Shown: positions 53,723 through 63,601 of the stretch, in pieces
How positions within the stretch are numbered: the stretch's first letter is position 1
How the letters are laid out: the number at the start of each line of letters is the position of its first letter
NCBI GenBank assembly: GCA_963786935.1
Contig: CAWBAN010000001.1
Span: forward strand, 1,216,001 to 1,280,000
DNA: 64,000 bases
Origin: an uncultured bacterium
GTDB taxonomy: Bacteria > Krumholzibacteriota > Krumholzibacteriia > Krumholzibacteriales > Krumholzibacteriaceae
Reading direction: 5' to 3'
Position numbers and translations under genes: made by a program
Notes under the pieces: model-generated
Seen by the model: only the letters and a program-made list of their open reading frames with translations
Told to the model about the DNA's origin: nothing
Databases searched by the model: none

Positions 53723-55957
53723 TTATTTTGCGCTGATCTGCCATTCCGTGAAGATCACGTCGGCGATCGAATCGACCTGCGCGCGGTTGAAGAACCACAG
53801 AGGCAATCCGAAGTGCACGCTCGGCGCATCAACCGCCCCCGGTGCATCGGCGACGGTAGCGGAATGCTTCGTTGTCCAGAATGCCACCGTTGCGTTGTTA
53901 AGAGCGGAGTAAGCAGCACTTCGTGTGCGCATGCGATACATCGGATGGAAACAGGATTGCTGTTTGAACTGATTGAAGCTCATCCAATAGCCGGGATTGT
54001 ACAATTCCACATAGTGAAATCCTCGGATCTGCCGATCGAAGAATCTCCCCGGCGCAGTCACCTGCTCCCACAACGTCAATTTATTGGGGAGCCCCGGATG
54101 CGCTGCGGTGATGGGATCGATCGCATCAAGATATGCGTAGTACATAGCATCCCATTCAATCTTTCTGATCGGCAGATCTCCGAATGGATCCGGGCGAAGG
54201 GCGCTGCTGACCTTGTCGAGCACGTCCACACAATAGTCACGATATGCCATGGAATTCACGCCGCTCGTATCCCCGTCGCAGCCGCTTGTCGGCCCCGTTA
54301 TCTCACATCTCAGGCTGAGCGGGAATAACTGCACGCTGGGATGAAGTACCGCCCCGAGCCCCCCCTGCCTGTCGCATTTCCCTTCCGTCCAGAGATGCCC
54401 TCCCGAAGCGATGAAGATCTGGAGCGTGTTGAACGACTGACGGCTTATCGTCCCGATCTTGCTTTCGGGAATGAAGCGGATCATATCGTCCCAGGTGCTG
54501 GTTTCCTCGGCCGACGCGAAAGACCAGATGATATTCTTATACTTCCAGAGCATCTCGATATCCGGCAGCGCGAAATTGTGCATTGCCGTTTCGTATACAT
54601 CGCGCGTCGGCCAGAACCCGCGCGCCCGTGAACAGATCCGGAGCCAAAATTCGTCGTGCTCCGATTCGGTCGGGTACGCATACGTATCCTGGAAGAAAGT
54701 TGTCGAGTAGAAATCGTCTACCCAGAGAAGATTCCTTGTCATTTCGAGCGGAAAGACATTGATCTCCATCTGCGCTATAGTCGAAACGCCGTTGTCATCA
54801 ATGGCTTCGATGAATAAAGTATGAATTCCTGAGCTGAAGCTTGTCGGCCGGATCGCCCTCACGTTGGGGCTCGGCTCGACGGACCATTCACTCGGATCGT
54901 CCACATCGTAAATATCCCAACCGTATCGATATCCCGATATCGTGCCGCCGTAGCTGTTGGCCTCCGCCTTCCAGCTGAAGCGCACCGCGAATCCGGCGGG
55001 GACTTTGAATACCTCGGGCCGGTTCTTTCGACCCATGTATGAAAAAGAGCCGAGCGCCGGCTCGCTCACCCTGAGCAACGGACCGATGCCTTTGGATACG
55101 AAGAAGACCCGCGCATTAGTCTTCAGATCGCAAATAGTAGTCACGGCTCCCGCTTCGTCCATTGCCTGAACGGCGAATACGTACGTTTTTAGGTTTTCGA
55201 CGAGCTCGTCGTCACCGATGACCGTTATTGTTCCCGAATCGCCGGGCGCCTCGTATGAAATCCATGGAGTAGCATATCTCTCGAGCTCTTCAAGATGTGC
55301 ATTCATCTCGTCGAGGATGCCATCCCGGTAGGGGATCAAGAAATGACGGATGGAATCCACCGGCTGGGTATTCCATGGCTTGTCTATGGGATCCACGGCT
55401 TCCCATTCGAACCTGATGCGAGGCGGAAGAATCTGCGATTGGCCGGGAAAGGGATTCAACGGGGATTCAATGATGACCCAGGGAGCGAGCGTCCACGCCG
55501 TGAAGGACCGGTACGCCGGCGATGATCGATTCCCTTCCCTATCGACGCCGCGAAGGAAAAGGGTGTGCGTGGCGTCAAATCGCGTGTAGCGGTTGCCCCT
55601 GATCGTGACATCCGTCGCCGAGTCATCCGCCGCTACGACGAACTCGCTATCGTATTTGGTCGTCGAGCGCCATTTTTCTAGGCCGGTTGTGTCTTGCTTA
55701 TGAAAGCCCAAGGGATTTCCGTCGACAAACACGAACTCGAATCTATTAATTTCTCCGTCCGGATCCCACCCACCCCAATAGAAATGCACTTTATAGGAGA
55801 TTGAATCCCCTTCGACGGGGCCGCTGGAAAGCCAGACCTCGGGAGGTTTGTTCTCGACGCCTCGCCCGATGAGCAAGTCTTCCGAGCAGCCGAATAAATA
55901 CATGAGCAGGCCAAGCGTTATGGCAAAGGGGATCTTGGACACGGCAAACAAATTCAA
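53723..55957 (-). CDS. Large lipoprotein (paralog 2 of 21742-24006)
   Basis: TTG start with GGAGG RBS, lipobox LFGC; shares near-identical blocks with paralog 1 (PEVWLSSGPVEG, VHFYWGGWDPDGEI, RSFTAWTLAP, RNLLWVDDF, CEGDTSG/CDGDTSG, CFHPMYRM, LWFFNRAQV). Confidence 0.82.
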   Translation of the reverse strand: MNLFAVSKIPFAITLGLLMYLFGCSEDLLIGRGVENKPPEVWLSSGPVEGDSISYKVHFYWGGWDPDGEINRFEFVFVDGNPLGFHKQDTTGLEKWRSTTKYDSEFVVAADDSATDVTIRGNRYTRFDATHTLFLRGVDREGNRSSPAYRSFTAWTLAPWVIIESPLNPFPGQSQILPPRIRFEWEAVDPIDKPWNTQPVDSIRHFLIPYRDGILDEMNAHLEELERYATPWISYEAPGDSGTITVIGDDELVENLKTYVFAVQAMDEAGAVTTICDLKTNARVFFVSKGIGPLLRVSEPALGSFSYMGRKNRPEVFKVPAGFAVRFSWKAEANSYGGTISGYRYGWDIYDVDDPSEWSVEPSPNVRAIRPTSFSSGIHTLFIEAIDDNGVSTIAQMEINVFPLEMTRNLLWVDDFYSTTFFQDTYAYPTESEHDEFWLRICSRARGFWPTRDVYETAMHNFALPDIEMLWKYKNIIWSFASAEETSTWDDMIRFIPESKIGTISRQSFNTLQIFIASGGHLWTEGKCDRQGGLGAVLHPSVQLFPLSLRCEITGPTSGCDGDTSGVNSMAYRDYCVDVLDKVSSALRPDPFGDLPIRKIEWDAMYYAYLDAIDPITAAHPGLPNKLTLWEQVTAPGRFFDRQIRGFHYVELYNPGYWMSFNQFKQQSCFHPMYRMRTRSAAYSALNNATVAFWTTKHSATVADAPGAVDAPSVHFGLPLWFFNRAQVDSIADVIFTEWQISAK

Positions 55958-56004
55958 GGTCGCCCGCCCCTCCCCCGGGTCGATAGCCGCCTCGAATGGG
56001 TAGG

Positions 56005-58887
56005 TTACAAGGCGGCGAGCCGCTTTCGGGCATCATCAACCTGCGGCCAGCCGGGATCCGCCTTCTCCCACGCCTTGAGGAAGATTCGGTATTGATCAGC
56101 TGCTTCAGCCTTTCTGCCAAGCTCCTCATAGATCTGGCCAAGCTGATACCGCGCGATGAAACGGCTGCCGTTCAGGCGCAGAAGCTCTTCGAGCACGGAG
56201 GCTGCTTCGGGCAATCGCCGCATCATTCGAAACGCACGCGCTCGATCCTCGAGCTCCCGCGCCCTATTCTCCATCCCCAGCCTGTCGAGATGCGCAAGAG
56301 CGCTGTCCGGACGGCCTTCGGCCAGAGCCACGCGCGCCGCTATCGCATGCGGAGTATATCGCACGAACAAGCCGAATTTGTCTTTCATGCCTTGAATCTG
56401 AGCAAGGCCTTCACGAGCCGCGGCCAAAGAGTCGAGATCCACCAGAGCTTCCGTGCGGAGCTTGAGCGCGAAAACAGCGGCGTAATCGACTCCCTGCACC
56501 TCGCTCAGCTCCCGCGCCAGGTCAAGAACTGGCCGTGGCCTGCCCCAGTCAAGAAGCAGCATGCTTCGCTGGTGCGCGCTCTGGACCATACTCTCAGCGT
56601 CTCTTGATCCATCGCTCTGAGTCCATTCATCATAGAGTTTCATAGCGAGGCTCAAGCGTCCTGTTTCGCTGTAGCAATCAACGAGTCCGGGCTGAGTGAT
56701 TCCAAAAAACGGCCAGCCGAAAGTGAGAGCGCGCCTCGCGCCAATTGAAATGTCGGTTCGAGATAGTAGACGCTTCAGACTTTTTTCCGCGACCAAAGGA
56801 TCTCCCCGCAAGAATGCGCATCGCGCGAGACGATACTGGAGGTTGATATCCTTGGAATCGGGATCGTAGGCACGGCGAAACGCCGCTTCGGCACTATCGA
56901 TGGAGCCGCCAACGAGAAGGTGAGCTTCGCCTACTCGTAACCATGCCACTGGATCCTCGGAGTGGCGCCGCCGATAATCGCGCGCCGAGGCCAATGCCTC
57001 TGATGCCTTGCCCTGCATGCAAAGGGCATCCTCACGCATCTCACGGAAACCTTCATCTTCAGGGTAGCGAGCTATCGCTTGTTCGGCGACAGTCTGAGCT
57101 TCGATGGCGTACCACCACCACGCCAATGCAGACACATATGCTTGCAGTATCTTGCGATCATCCGGCCATCGCGCCATCATCTCGCGATATACTTCCATAG
57201 CGTCCGTGATATGGCGATCGAGCTGCAGGCGGCGCGATTCGAGCATCATTCGGTCCTTGATGCCCAATCGGGCTCGCAGCGCCCATGCCTTATCCGCGAA
57301 CTTCCGGCCCGGAATGAACTGCGTGCGCCCCCAATAGATGTCCGCCATCCGCAGCCATGCCAGCGCAAACGTGGAGTCGATCCGCACGGCGGCTTCGAGC
57401 TCCCGTATAGCGTCGTCACCTTCGCCTTCCTGAATCGCGGCCTCTGCGGCCGCGAAATGGCGGAGCGCCTCCGGCGAGGAGCTCGTGACCTTGTCAACGG
57501 ATGCCGTGGACATCGGAGCATTGACGCCCGACTGCTTCGCCACAAGAGTCACAACCTCCGCGATGATCCCGTCCGCGAGTCCCACGAGATCCGAGTTCAC
57601 GATGCGCCTGCCGCCTACGCTTCGTCCATGGTGCGTCTCGACCAGCCGCCAGATCGCATAGGTCGATCCCTGCCGGTGCCCGATCTGCCCCGATAGCAGG
57701 TACGAAGCCCCCGCCTTGCGCGCCACTTCCATCGCTTGCTCTGACCTGATCGCGCCCATCGCTCCGCTGAACAGCCGCCGGTGCAGATCCCGAAGATACT
57801 CAGGGCTGACCACGCGGATGGGGCTCCGCTCGATCAGCCCCACCTGAAGCAGCCCACCCAAGCCGGTCGCCGAGAGTGAGTCGCTCGATCCGCCGAGATC
57901 CTCGAAATCAATGACGGCAAGGGCCATATCCGCGCCCTGGAGCGGGCGATCCCGGCCCAACAATAACCAGACGCCGACGGCCGCTATCGCGATCGCGAGA
58001 AGCGTTGCGGCCATGCGGCGGGGATGCCTGAGAAGCCTCGATCCTGTTCGGCCCGCTGCCCCTTCATGCGCGCCGCTCTGCCGCTCACGGCTCTCAAGGT
58101 CGGCCAGGAAATCCTTGATGGAGTTGTGCCTCTCATGCAGATTCTTTCGCAATGCCTTCTCGAGAACTTCCTCGATGCCGGCAGGAACATCCGACCGGTA
58201 AATGGAAATTGGCTCGAGCGACTCGTGCAGGATCCGATAAATGACGGCTTGCTCGTAATCGCCGGGAAACGCCGGCGCGCCCGTCAGCAATTCGTAGAGG
58301 ACCGTGGCGAGCGACCAGATATCCGTCCGGTGATCGACCTCCTCGCCGCGCGCCTGCTCGGGAGACATGTACCTCGCGGTTCCGAGCGTCAGGCCCGTCT
58401 TGGTCAGCTTCGTGGCGCCCGACATCTTCGCCAGCCCGAAATCCATCAGCACCGCCTGACCGTCCGGCGTAAGCATGATATTGGCCGGTTTGACATCCCG
58501 ATGCACGATTCCCTTCGCGTGGGCGGCGGCCAGCGCCTCTCCCACCTGGCGCACGATTGTCAAGGCTTCGTGCACGGAAAGCGGCCCTTCCGCAATACGA
58601 TCGCGCAGGCTCCGCCCCTCGATGCACGCCATTGCGATGAATGTGCTCCCCTCAACTTCGGCTATCTCATAGACGGGACAGATGTTGGGATGGAGAAGGG
58701 CCGCGGCGGCGCGCGCCTCGTGCATGAGACGAGCCCGATCTTCATTGTCCGCAACGGCTCCGGTCGGCAGAAATTTGAGCGCGACGGTGCGCCCGAGAGT
58801 CAGATCCTCGGCCTTGTAGACAATCCCCATCCCGCCTTCCCCAAGCTTCTCGAGGATCCGGTAATGGGAGATCGTCTGACCGATCAT
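56005..58887 (-). CDS. Hanks-type Ser/Thr protein kinase with TM helix, TolB-N/CsgG-like domain and TPR repeats
   Basis: LGEGGMG.VY, VALK, HRDVKPAN, DFG, YMSPE, DIWS; TM LLAIAIAAVGVWLLL; C-terminal TPRs ending AWEKADP..P....ARKRLA. Confidence 0.93.
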   Translation of the reverse strand: MIGQTISHYRILEKLGEGGMGIVYKAEDLTLGRTVALKFLPTGAVADNEDRARLMHEARAAAALLHPNICPVYEIAEVEGSTFIAMACIEGRSLRDRIAEGPLSVHEALTIVRQVGEALAAAHAKGIVHRDVKPANIMLTPDGQAVLMDFGLAKMSGATKLTKTGLTLGTARYMSPEQARGEEVDHRTDIWSLATVLYELLTGAPAFPGDYEQAVIYRILHESLEPISIYRSDVPAGIEEVLEKALRKNLHERHNSIKDFLADLESRERQSGAHEGAAGRTGSRLLRHPRRMAATLLAIAIAAVGVWLLLGRDRPLQGADMALAVIDFEDLGGSSDSLSATGLGGLLQVGLIERSPIRVVSPEYLRDLHRRLFSGAMGAIRSEQAMEVARKAGASYLLSGQIGHRQGSTYAIWRLVETHHGRSVGGRRIVNSDLVGLADGIIAEVVTLVAKQSGVNAPMSTASVDKVTSSSPEALRHFAAAEAAIQEGEGDDAIRELEAAVRIDSTFALAWLRMADIYWGRTQFIPGRKFADKAWALRARLGIKDRMMLESRRLQLDRHITDAMEVYREMMARWPDDRKILQAYVSALAWWWYAIEAQTVAEQAIARYPEDEGFREMREDALCMQGKASEALASARDYRRRHSEDPVAWLRVGEAHLLVGGSIDSAEAAFRRAYDPDSKDINLQYRLARCAFLRGDPLVAEKSLKRLLSRTDISIGARRALTFGWPFFGITQPGLVDCYSETGRLSLAMKLYDEWTQSDGSRDAESMVQSAHQRSMLLLDWGRPRPVLDLARELSEVQGVDYAAVFALKLRTEALVDLDSLAAAREGLAQIQGMKDKFGLFVRYTPHAIAARVALAEGRPDSALAHLDRLGMENRARELEDRARAFRMMRRLPEAASVLEELLRLNGSRFIARYQLGQIYEELGRKAEAADQYRIFLKAWEKADPGWPQVDDARKRLAAL

Positions 58888-59027
58888 GCAGACCCCTTAA
58901 GGCAGCGGGTCAACTCAATGTTATGATTTCAATTTCGAGAGTCTCTTTGATGACAATTATTCTATAGGAAGGCTGATTCCCTGTCAATAGCGTTCGGCCG
59001 CAGTCGAAGATCCTGAACGGCTCCGTA

Positions 59028-60401
59028 TCAAGCACCGCGCGGACGCGAATCCCCCCGGGCGAGGGAGGCGAAAATGCCTGCCGCGCTCAGCGCCGCGAAG
59101 ATGACGAAGGCGACCCGTACGCTCCCCAGGAACGCCACATGGCGCTCGGGCGTGATATGGACGTCCCCCATCCGCACGGCGAAGACGAGCATCGCGATCC
59201 CCATGCTCAGCATCTGCCCGATCATCCGCGCCGTGGCGAGCGTCGCGGAAGCGACGCCGTAGCGCCGCGGCTCGACACAGCTCATGACCGCGTTCGTGTT
59301 CGGCGACGAGAAGAGCGCGAAACCGAGACCGAGCAGCATCAGGTTCACGATGACGGTCGCCGTCCGAGTCCCCTCCCCCAGAGGGATGAGAAAGACAAGC
59401 GCCGCGGCGGTCACCGCCATACCGGCGGACGCGACGATCCTCGATTCGATCCGGTCCGAGAGCCTCCCCGCGAAGGGGGAGAAGGCCGCCATCACGATCG
59501 GCTGGGCGACGAGGACGAGACCGGCGCCCTGCGGGGTGAGCGCCTTGATGTACTGGAGGTACAGGCTCATGAGAAAGGTCACGGCGAAGCTCGCGCTGTA
59601 GTTGATGAGGGCGGCGATGTTCGAGAAGACGAACACGCGGTTCCCCGCGAAAAGCTCCATGTGGAGCAGCGGATGCTTCGCATGAAGCTCCCAGCGGACG
59701 AACGCGGCGATACCGAGCATGCCCGCGAGCAGCAGCCACACCCCTTCGGCCAAGGGGAGTCGCGAAAACCCGTACATGATCGCGGCGAGGGACGGAACGC
59801 AGATGAACGCGCCGGGGAAATCGAACCGCTCCCCCCGGGCCTCCGCCCACTCGCCCTTGAGCTTCGCGACGACGAGGGCGATCACGGCGATACCGAGCGG
59901 CACGGTGACGAAAAAGACGCTCCGCCATCCGAAGTGCTGCGTGAGCATCCCCCCGGCGACGGGACCGAGCGAGAGACCGACGTACACCGCCGCCGTCGTG
60001 AGCCCGAGCGCCCGCCCCCGCTCCGGGCCGGGTATCACCGAGGTCACGATCGCCACTCCCGTGGAGAAGGTCATCGAAGCGCCGATCCCCTGCACGATCC
60101 GCAGCGCGATGAGGGCCGACGCCGAGGGCGCGAAGCCGCAGCACGCCGACGCGATCGTGTAGATCGTCATGCCGGCGAGGAATACCCTCTTCCTGCCATG
60201 GATATCGGCCGCCTTGCCGAACGGAACGAGGAACACCGCGGCGGCGAAGATGTACGAGGTCACGACCCAGCCGAGCGCGAGCGCGCTCATCGAGAGTTCC
60301 TTCCCGATCGTCGGGAGCGCGATCGTGACCGCGGACGCCGTGAACGGCGTCACGAAGGAGGCGATCGTCGCGATGAGGAGCACGATTCGTTTGTTCATCA
60401 T
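59028..60401 (-). CDS. MFS transporter (DHA2/EmrB-like)
   Basis: ATG at 60401 (ATGA overlap). Motif A FGKAADIHGRKR, ALRIVQGIG, GP.AGG, GRLSDR, FSSPNT; about 14 TM helices. Confidence 0.92.
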   Translation of the reverse strand: MMNKRIVLLIATIASFVTPFTASAVTIALPTIGKELSMSALALGWVVTSYIFAAAVFLVPFGKAADIHGRKRVFLAGMTIYTIASACCGFAPSASALIALRIVQGIGASMTFSTGVAIVTSVIPGPERGRALGLTTAAVYVGLSLGPVAGGMLTQHFGWRSVFFVTVPLGIAVIALVVAKLKGEWAEARGERFDFPGAFICVPSLAAIMYGFSRLPLAEGVWLLLAGMLGIAAFVRWELHAKHPLLHMELFAGNRVFVFSNIAALINYSASFAVTFLMSLYLQYIKALTPQGAGLVLVAQPIVMAAFSPFAGRLSDRIESRIVASAGMAVTAAALVFLIPLGEGTRTATVIVNLMLLGLGFALFSSPNTNAVMSCVEPRRYGVASATLATARMIGQMLSMGIAMLVFAVRMGDVHITPERHVAFLGSVRVAFVIFAALSAAGIFASLARGDSRPRGA

Positions 60402-60955
60402 TGCATCGAGAATCCGTGAGCGCCGATGCGCTCGCCGACGCTCCAGTACTCCCCTCCCACGTAGACGACGAGCGGCAGCTTCGAATAATCGACCCGGTTG
60501 CCCGCGACGAGCCCCGCGTCGGCACGACGCTCGACGATCTCGCCGATGAACATGTCGTGGACGCCGAGCGGCACGATTTGCAGCAGGCGGCACTCGAAGT
60601 TGACGGGGCATTCGGCGACGATCGGCGCCTCGACGGCCGATCCGTCCAGAGGCGTGAGGCCGGTGCGCGCGAACTTGTCCCCGTCGCGCCCCGAGACGAC
60701 GCCGCAGAGATCGACCTGCCGCACGAGGTCGCGGGTCGGCACGTTGACCGTGAAAACGCCGCTTTCCTTGATCATCCGGTGGGAATGCCGGGACGGCCTG
60801 ATCGACACGTGCACGACGGGCGGATCTGAGCAGTCGACGCCGGTCCACGCGATCGTGAGCACGTTGCGCCCGAGCGAGCGGTGCGCGCACCCGACGAGGA
60901 CGACGGGCGTCGGCGAAAGCACCTGCGCCCTGGAAAACGCGACCTTTTCGGTCAT
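60398..60955 (-). CDS. Flavin reductase-like (flavoredoxin) protein
   Basis: PTPVVLV, N..TIAW, SIRPSRHSH, FTVNVP, CGVVSGRDGDKF, ECPVNFECR, HDMFIGEI. Confidence 0.9.
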   Translation of the reverse strand: MTEKVAFSRAQVLSPTPVVLVGCAHRSLGRNVLTIAWTGVDCSDPPVVHVSIRPSRHSHRMIKESGVFTVNVPTRDLVRQVDLCGVVSGRDGDKFARTGLTPLDGSAVEAPIVAECPVNFECRLLQIVPLGVHDMFIGEIVERRADAGLVAGNRVDYSKLPLVVYVGGEYWSVGERIGAHGFSMQ

Positions 60956-60983
60956 CGGAACCTCCCCTGCATGCTCAAACGAA

Positions 60984-61013
60984 AGCCCCCTTCGCGTCCG
61001 GCGCAAGGGGGCT
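60984..61013 (-). terminator. Intrinsic terminator after nrdJ
   Basis: AGCCCCCTT...AAGGGGGCT stem followed by TTCGTTT on the minus strand. Confidence 0.6.
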
Positions 61014-61048
61014 CGTTGAACGGATCGATGAAGACGGCGCCGCGCGCC

Positions 61049-63310
61049 TCACCCGCATTTTGAAAAACCGCACTCCCGACACACCGCGCATCCGCTCTCG
61101 TGCTCGAGGCCCCCCCCGCAATCGGGGCAGGAGCCGGCGATCTTGTCGTGATAAGCGCTCGCGGCCTTCACGGCCTTTTTCCCCACGGGGGTCTTCTTCT
61201 CGCTCAGGTAGCGCTCCATCGCCTTCGCGATCGCGTCGCTGCACGAGAGGATCATTCCTCCCTTTTCCCATCCGGGATTCGGGCACCGGACGCCGTGGAG
61301 CTGCTTGACGATCGCCTTCGGATCGAGCCCCGCGCGGAGCGAGAGCGAGATGAGACGGCTGATCGCCTCGGCCTGCGACGACGAGCAGCCGCCGGCCTTC
61401 CCCATCTGCGTGAACACCTCGAAGAGCCCGTGCTCGTCCTCGTTGATCGTGACGTAGAGATTGCCGCAGCCCGTCGTCATCTTGCGGGTGCTTCCCGTGA
61501 TCACGGCGGGGCGCGCCCGCGGCGTGAGCAGCGACTCGTCGATGACGGGGTACGTCTTCTCCTCGGCGGGGCGGTTCACCTTGCCGATGTTGAGCACCTG
61601 CTCGCTGCGGCTCCCGTCCCGGTAGATCGTCACACCCTTGCACCCGAGCTCGTACGCCTGCAGGTACACCTTCTCGACGTCCTCTTTCGTCGCGCTGTTC
61701 GAGAAATTGACCGTCTTCGAAACGGCGTTGTCCGTGTACTTCTGGAACGCCGCCTGCACCCGAATGTGCCAATCGGGATTGATATCGTGCGCGGTGATGA
61801 AGATCCTGCGCCACTTCTCCGGTATCTCCTCGATCCCTTGCACGCAGCCCTTCTGCGCGATCTTCTTCATGAGCTCGTCCGAATAGAACCCCTCGCGCGT
61901 CGCGATCTCCTTGAACAGCGGGTTGACCTCGACGAGCTCGTCGTTGTCCATGACGTTGCGCACGAAGGCGACGGCGAATATCGGCTCGATGCCGCTCGAG
62001 CAGCCGGCGATGATGCTCAGCGTTCCGGTCGGCGCGATCGTCGTCGCCGTCGCGTTGCGCATCTTCGGCGCGTCGTCCTTGTCGTACACGCTCCCCTTGA
62101 ACGACGGGAAGGTGCCGCGCTCCTCGGCGAGCGCGGCGCTCGCCGCGCGCGCCTCGCGCTGGATGAAGCCCATGACTTCCTCGGCGACCTCGAGCGCCTC
62201 CTTCGAGTCGTACGGGATCTCGAGCTGCACGAGCAGATCGGCGAATCCCATGACGCCGAGGCCGACCTTGCGGTTCCGCAGCGTCATCTCGCGGATTTTC
62301 TCGAGCGGGTAGCGGTTCATGTCGATGACGTCGTCGAGGAAGCGCATCGCTTTCGCGACGATGTCGCCGAGCGTCTTGAAATCGACCTTCGGCTTGCCGC
62401 CGGTCCGATCGACCATGTGCGAAAGGTTGATCGAGCCGAGGTTGCACGACTCGTACGGGAGCAGCGGCTGCTCGCCGCAGGGATTCGTGCTCTCGATCGT
62501 CCCGACGTGCGGCGTCGGATTGGACTTGTTGATCCGGTCGAGGAACACGACGCCCGGTTCGCCGTTCTTCCACGCGAACTCGACGATCATCTCGAACACC
62601 TTGCGCGCGGGGATGCGGTCGACCTCCTCGCCGCCGTGCGGATTGACGAGCGTGTAGGAGCGGTCCTCCTTCACGGCCTTCATGAACTCGTCGGTGACTC
62701 CCACCGATATGTTGAAGTTGTTGAGCTTCGAGTTGTCGCGCTTGGCCGAGATGAAATCGAGGATATCGGGATGATCGACGCGGAGGATCGCCATGTTCGC
62801 GCCGCGCCGGGTGCCTCCCTGCTTCACCGTTTCCGTCGCCGCGTCGAAGACGGTCATGAACGAGATGGGGCCGCTCGAAATCCCCTTCGTCGTTTTCACG
62901 ACGTCGTTCTTCGGGCGGATGCGGGAGAACGAGAATCCCGTCCCGCCGCCGCTCTTATGGATAAGGGCCGTATGCTTGATCGTTTCGAAGATGCTCTCCA
63001 TCGAGTCCTCGATCGGAAGGACGAAGCATGCCGACAGCTGCTGGAGCTCGGCGCCCGCGTTCATGAGGGTCGGCGAGTTGGGCAGGAAATCGAGGGAGGC
63101 CATCATGCGGTAGTACTCCTCTTCCCACTGCCGGCACCGCTCCGCCTTGCCGTAAAGCCGCTCCGCCGTGGCGACGTTGTTCGCGACCCGCCGGAACAGC
63201 TCCTCCCCCGTTTCCGTCACGTTTCCGTCCACATCCTTGCGAAGGTAGCGCTTCTCGAGAACACGCAGGGCATTTTCGGAAAGCTGCGGTTTCATCCGCG
63301 ACGAATCCAT
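61049..63310 (-). CDS. nrdJ: Adenosylcobalamin-dependent (class II) ribonucleotide reductase with C-terminal TSCPD-like domain and Zn ribbon
   Basis: PNSPTLMNAG, LSACF, GGGTG, QGGTRRGANM, TNPCGEQ, ESCNLGS, TIAPTGT, SKTVN, KGVTIYRDGSR; C-terminal CPDCG...CRECGFSKC. Confidence 0.95.
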   Translation of the reverse strand: MDSSRMKPQLSENALRVLEKRYLRKDVDGNVTETGEELFRRVANNVATAERLYGKAERCRQWEEEYYRMMASLDFLPNSPTLMNAGAELQQLSACFVLPIEDSMESIFETIKHTALIHKSGGGTGFSFSRIRPKNDVVKTTKGISSGPISFMTVFDAATETVKQGGTRRGANMAILRVDHPDILDFISAKRDNSKLNNFNISVGVTDEFMKAVKEDRSYTLVNPHGGEEVDRIPARKVFEMIVEFAWKNGEPGVVFLDRINKSNPTPHVGTIESTNPCGEQPLLPYESCNLGSINLSHMVDRTGGKPKVDFKTLGDIVAKAMRFLDDVIDMNRYPLEKIREMTLRNRKVGLGVMGFADLLVQLEIPYDSKEALEVAEEVMGFIQREARAASAALAEERGTFPSFKGSVYDKDDAPKMRNATATTIAPTGTLSIIAGCSSGIEPIFAVAFVRNVMDNDELVEVNPLFKEIATREGFYSDELMKKIAQKGCVQGIEEIPEKWRRIFITAHDINPDWHIRVQAAFQKYTDNAVSKTVNFSNSATKEDVEKVYLQAYELGCKGVTIYRDGSRSEQVLNIGKVNRPAEEKTYPVIDESLLTPRARPAVITGSTRKMTTGCGNLYVTINEDEHGLFEVFTQMGKAGGCSSSQAEAISRLISLSLRAGLDPKAIVKQLHGVRCPNPGWEKGGMILSCSDAIAKAMERYLSEKKTPVGKKAVKAASAYHDKIAGSCPDCGGGLEHESGCAVCRECGFSKCG

Positions 63311-63376
63311 TCCAACCTCCGTTCCAGCAATAAGTTATAATGATGATCCGGTCTGCCCTGCCCTCAATCTATTCAG

Positions 63377-63423
63377 TCCTATATATTGGGGCGAGACACA
63401 ATATTGCATACCAGATATAGGGT
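63377..63423 (-). promoter_or_regulatory. Tandem NrdR boxes overlapping the nrdJ promoter
   Basis: Minus strand ACCCTATATCTGGTA (63409-63423) and CCCCAATATATAGGA (63377-63391) resemble acaCwAtATaTwGtg, 32 bp apart; TTGACA abuts the first box. Confidence 0.75.
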
Positions 63424-63601
63424 GTCAACACATAATTCCTTAAAAAATCTCGCCCCTTCGCGGCCGCTTTTCCGACGACTCACAATCGCCACCATCTGAT
63501 ATTATAATAATAGGTTATGGAATTTTGCACCCCCCCCCGGCGCGCTCCTTCTTCCACTATTTTCTTCCGGCAAAACGGCCCTCCATGCTACTCTGTACCA
63601 A

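Noticed and set aside
61049..63310. Intein or group I intron in nrdJ; cobalamin riboswitch upstream
   Set aside because: Catalytic motifs are contiguous and the length is normal; the short leader holds NrdR boxes and no B12-box.
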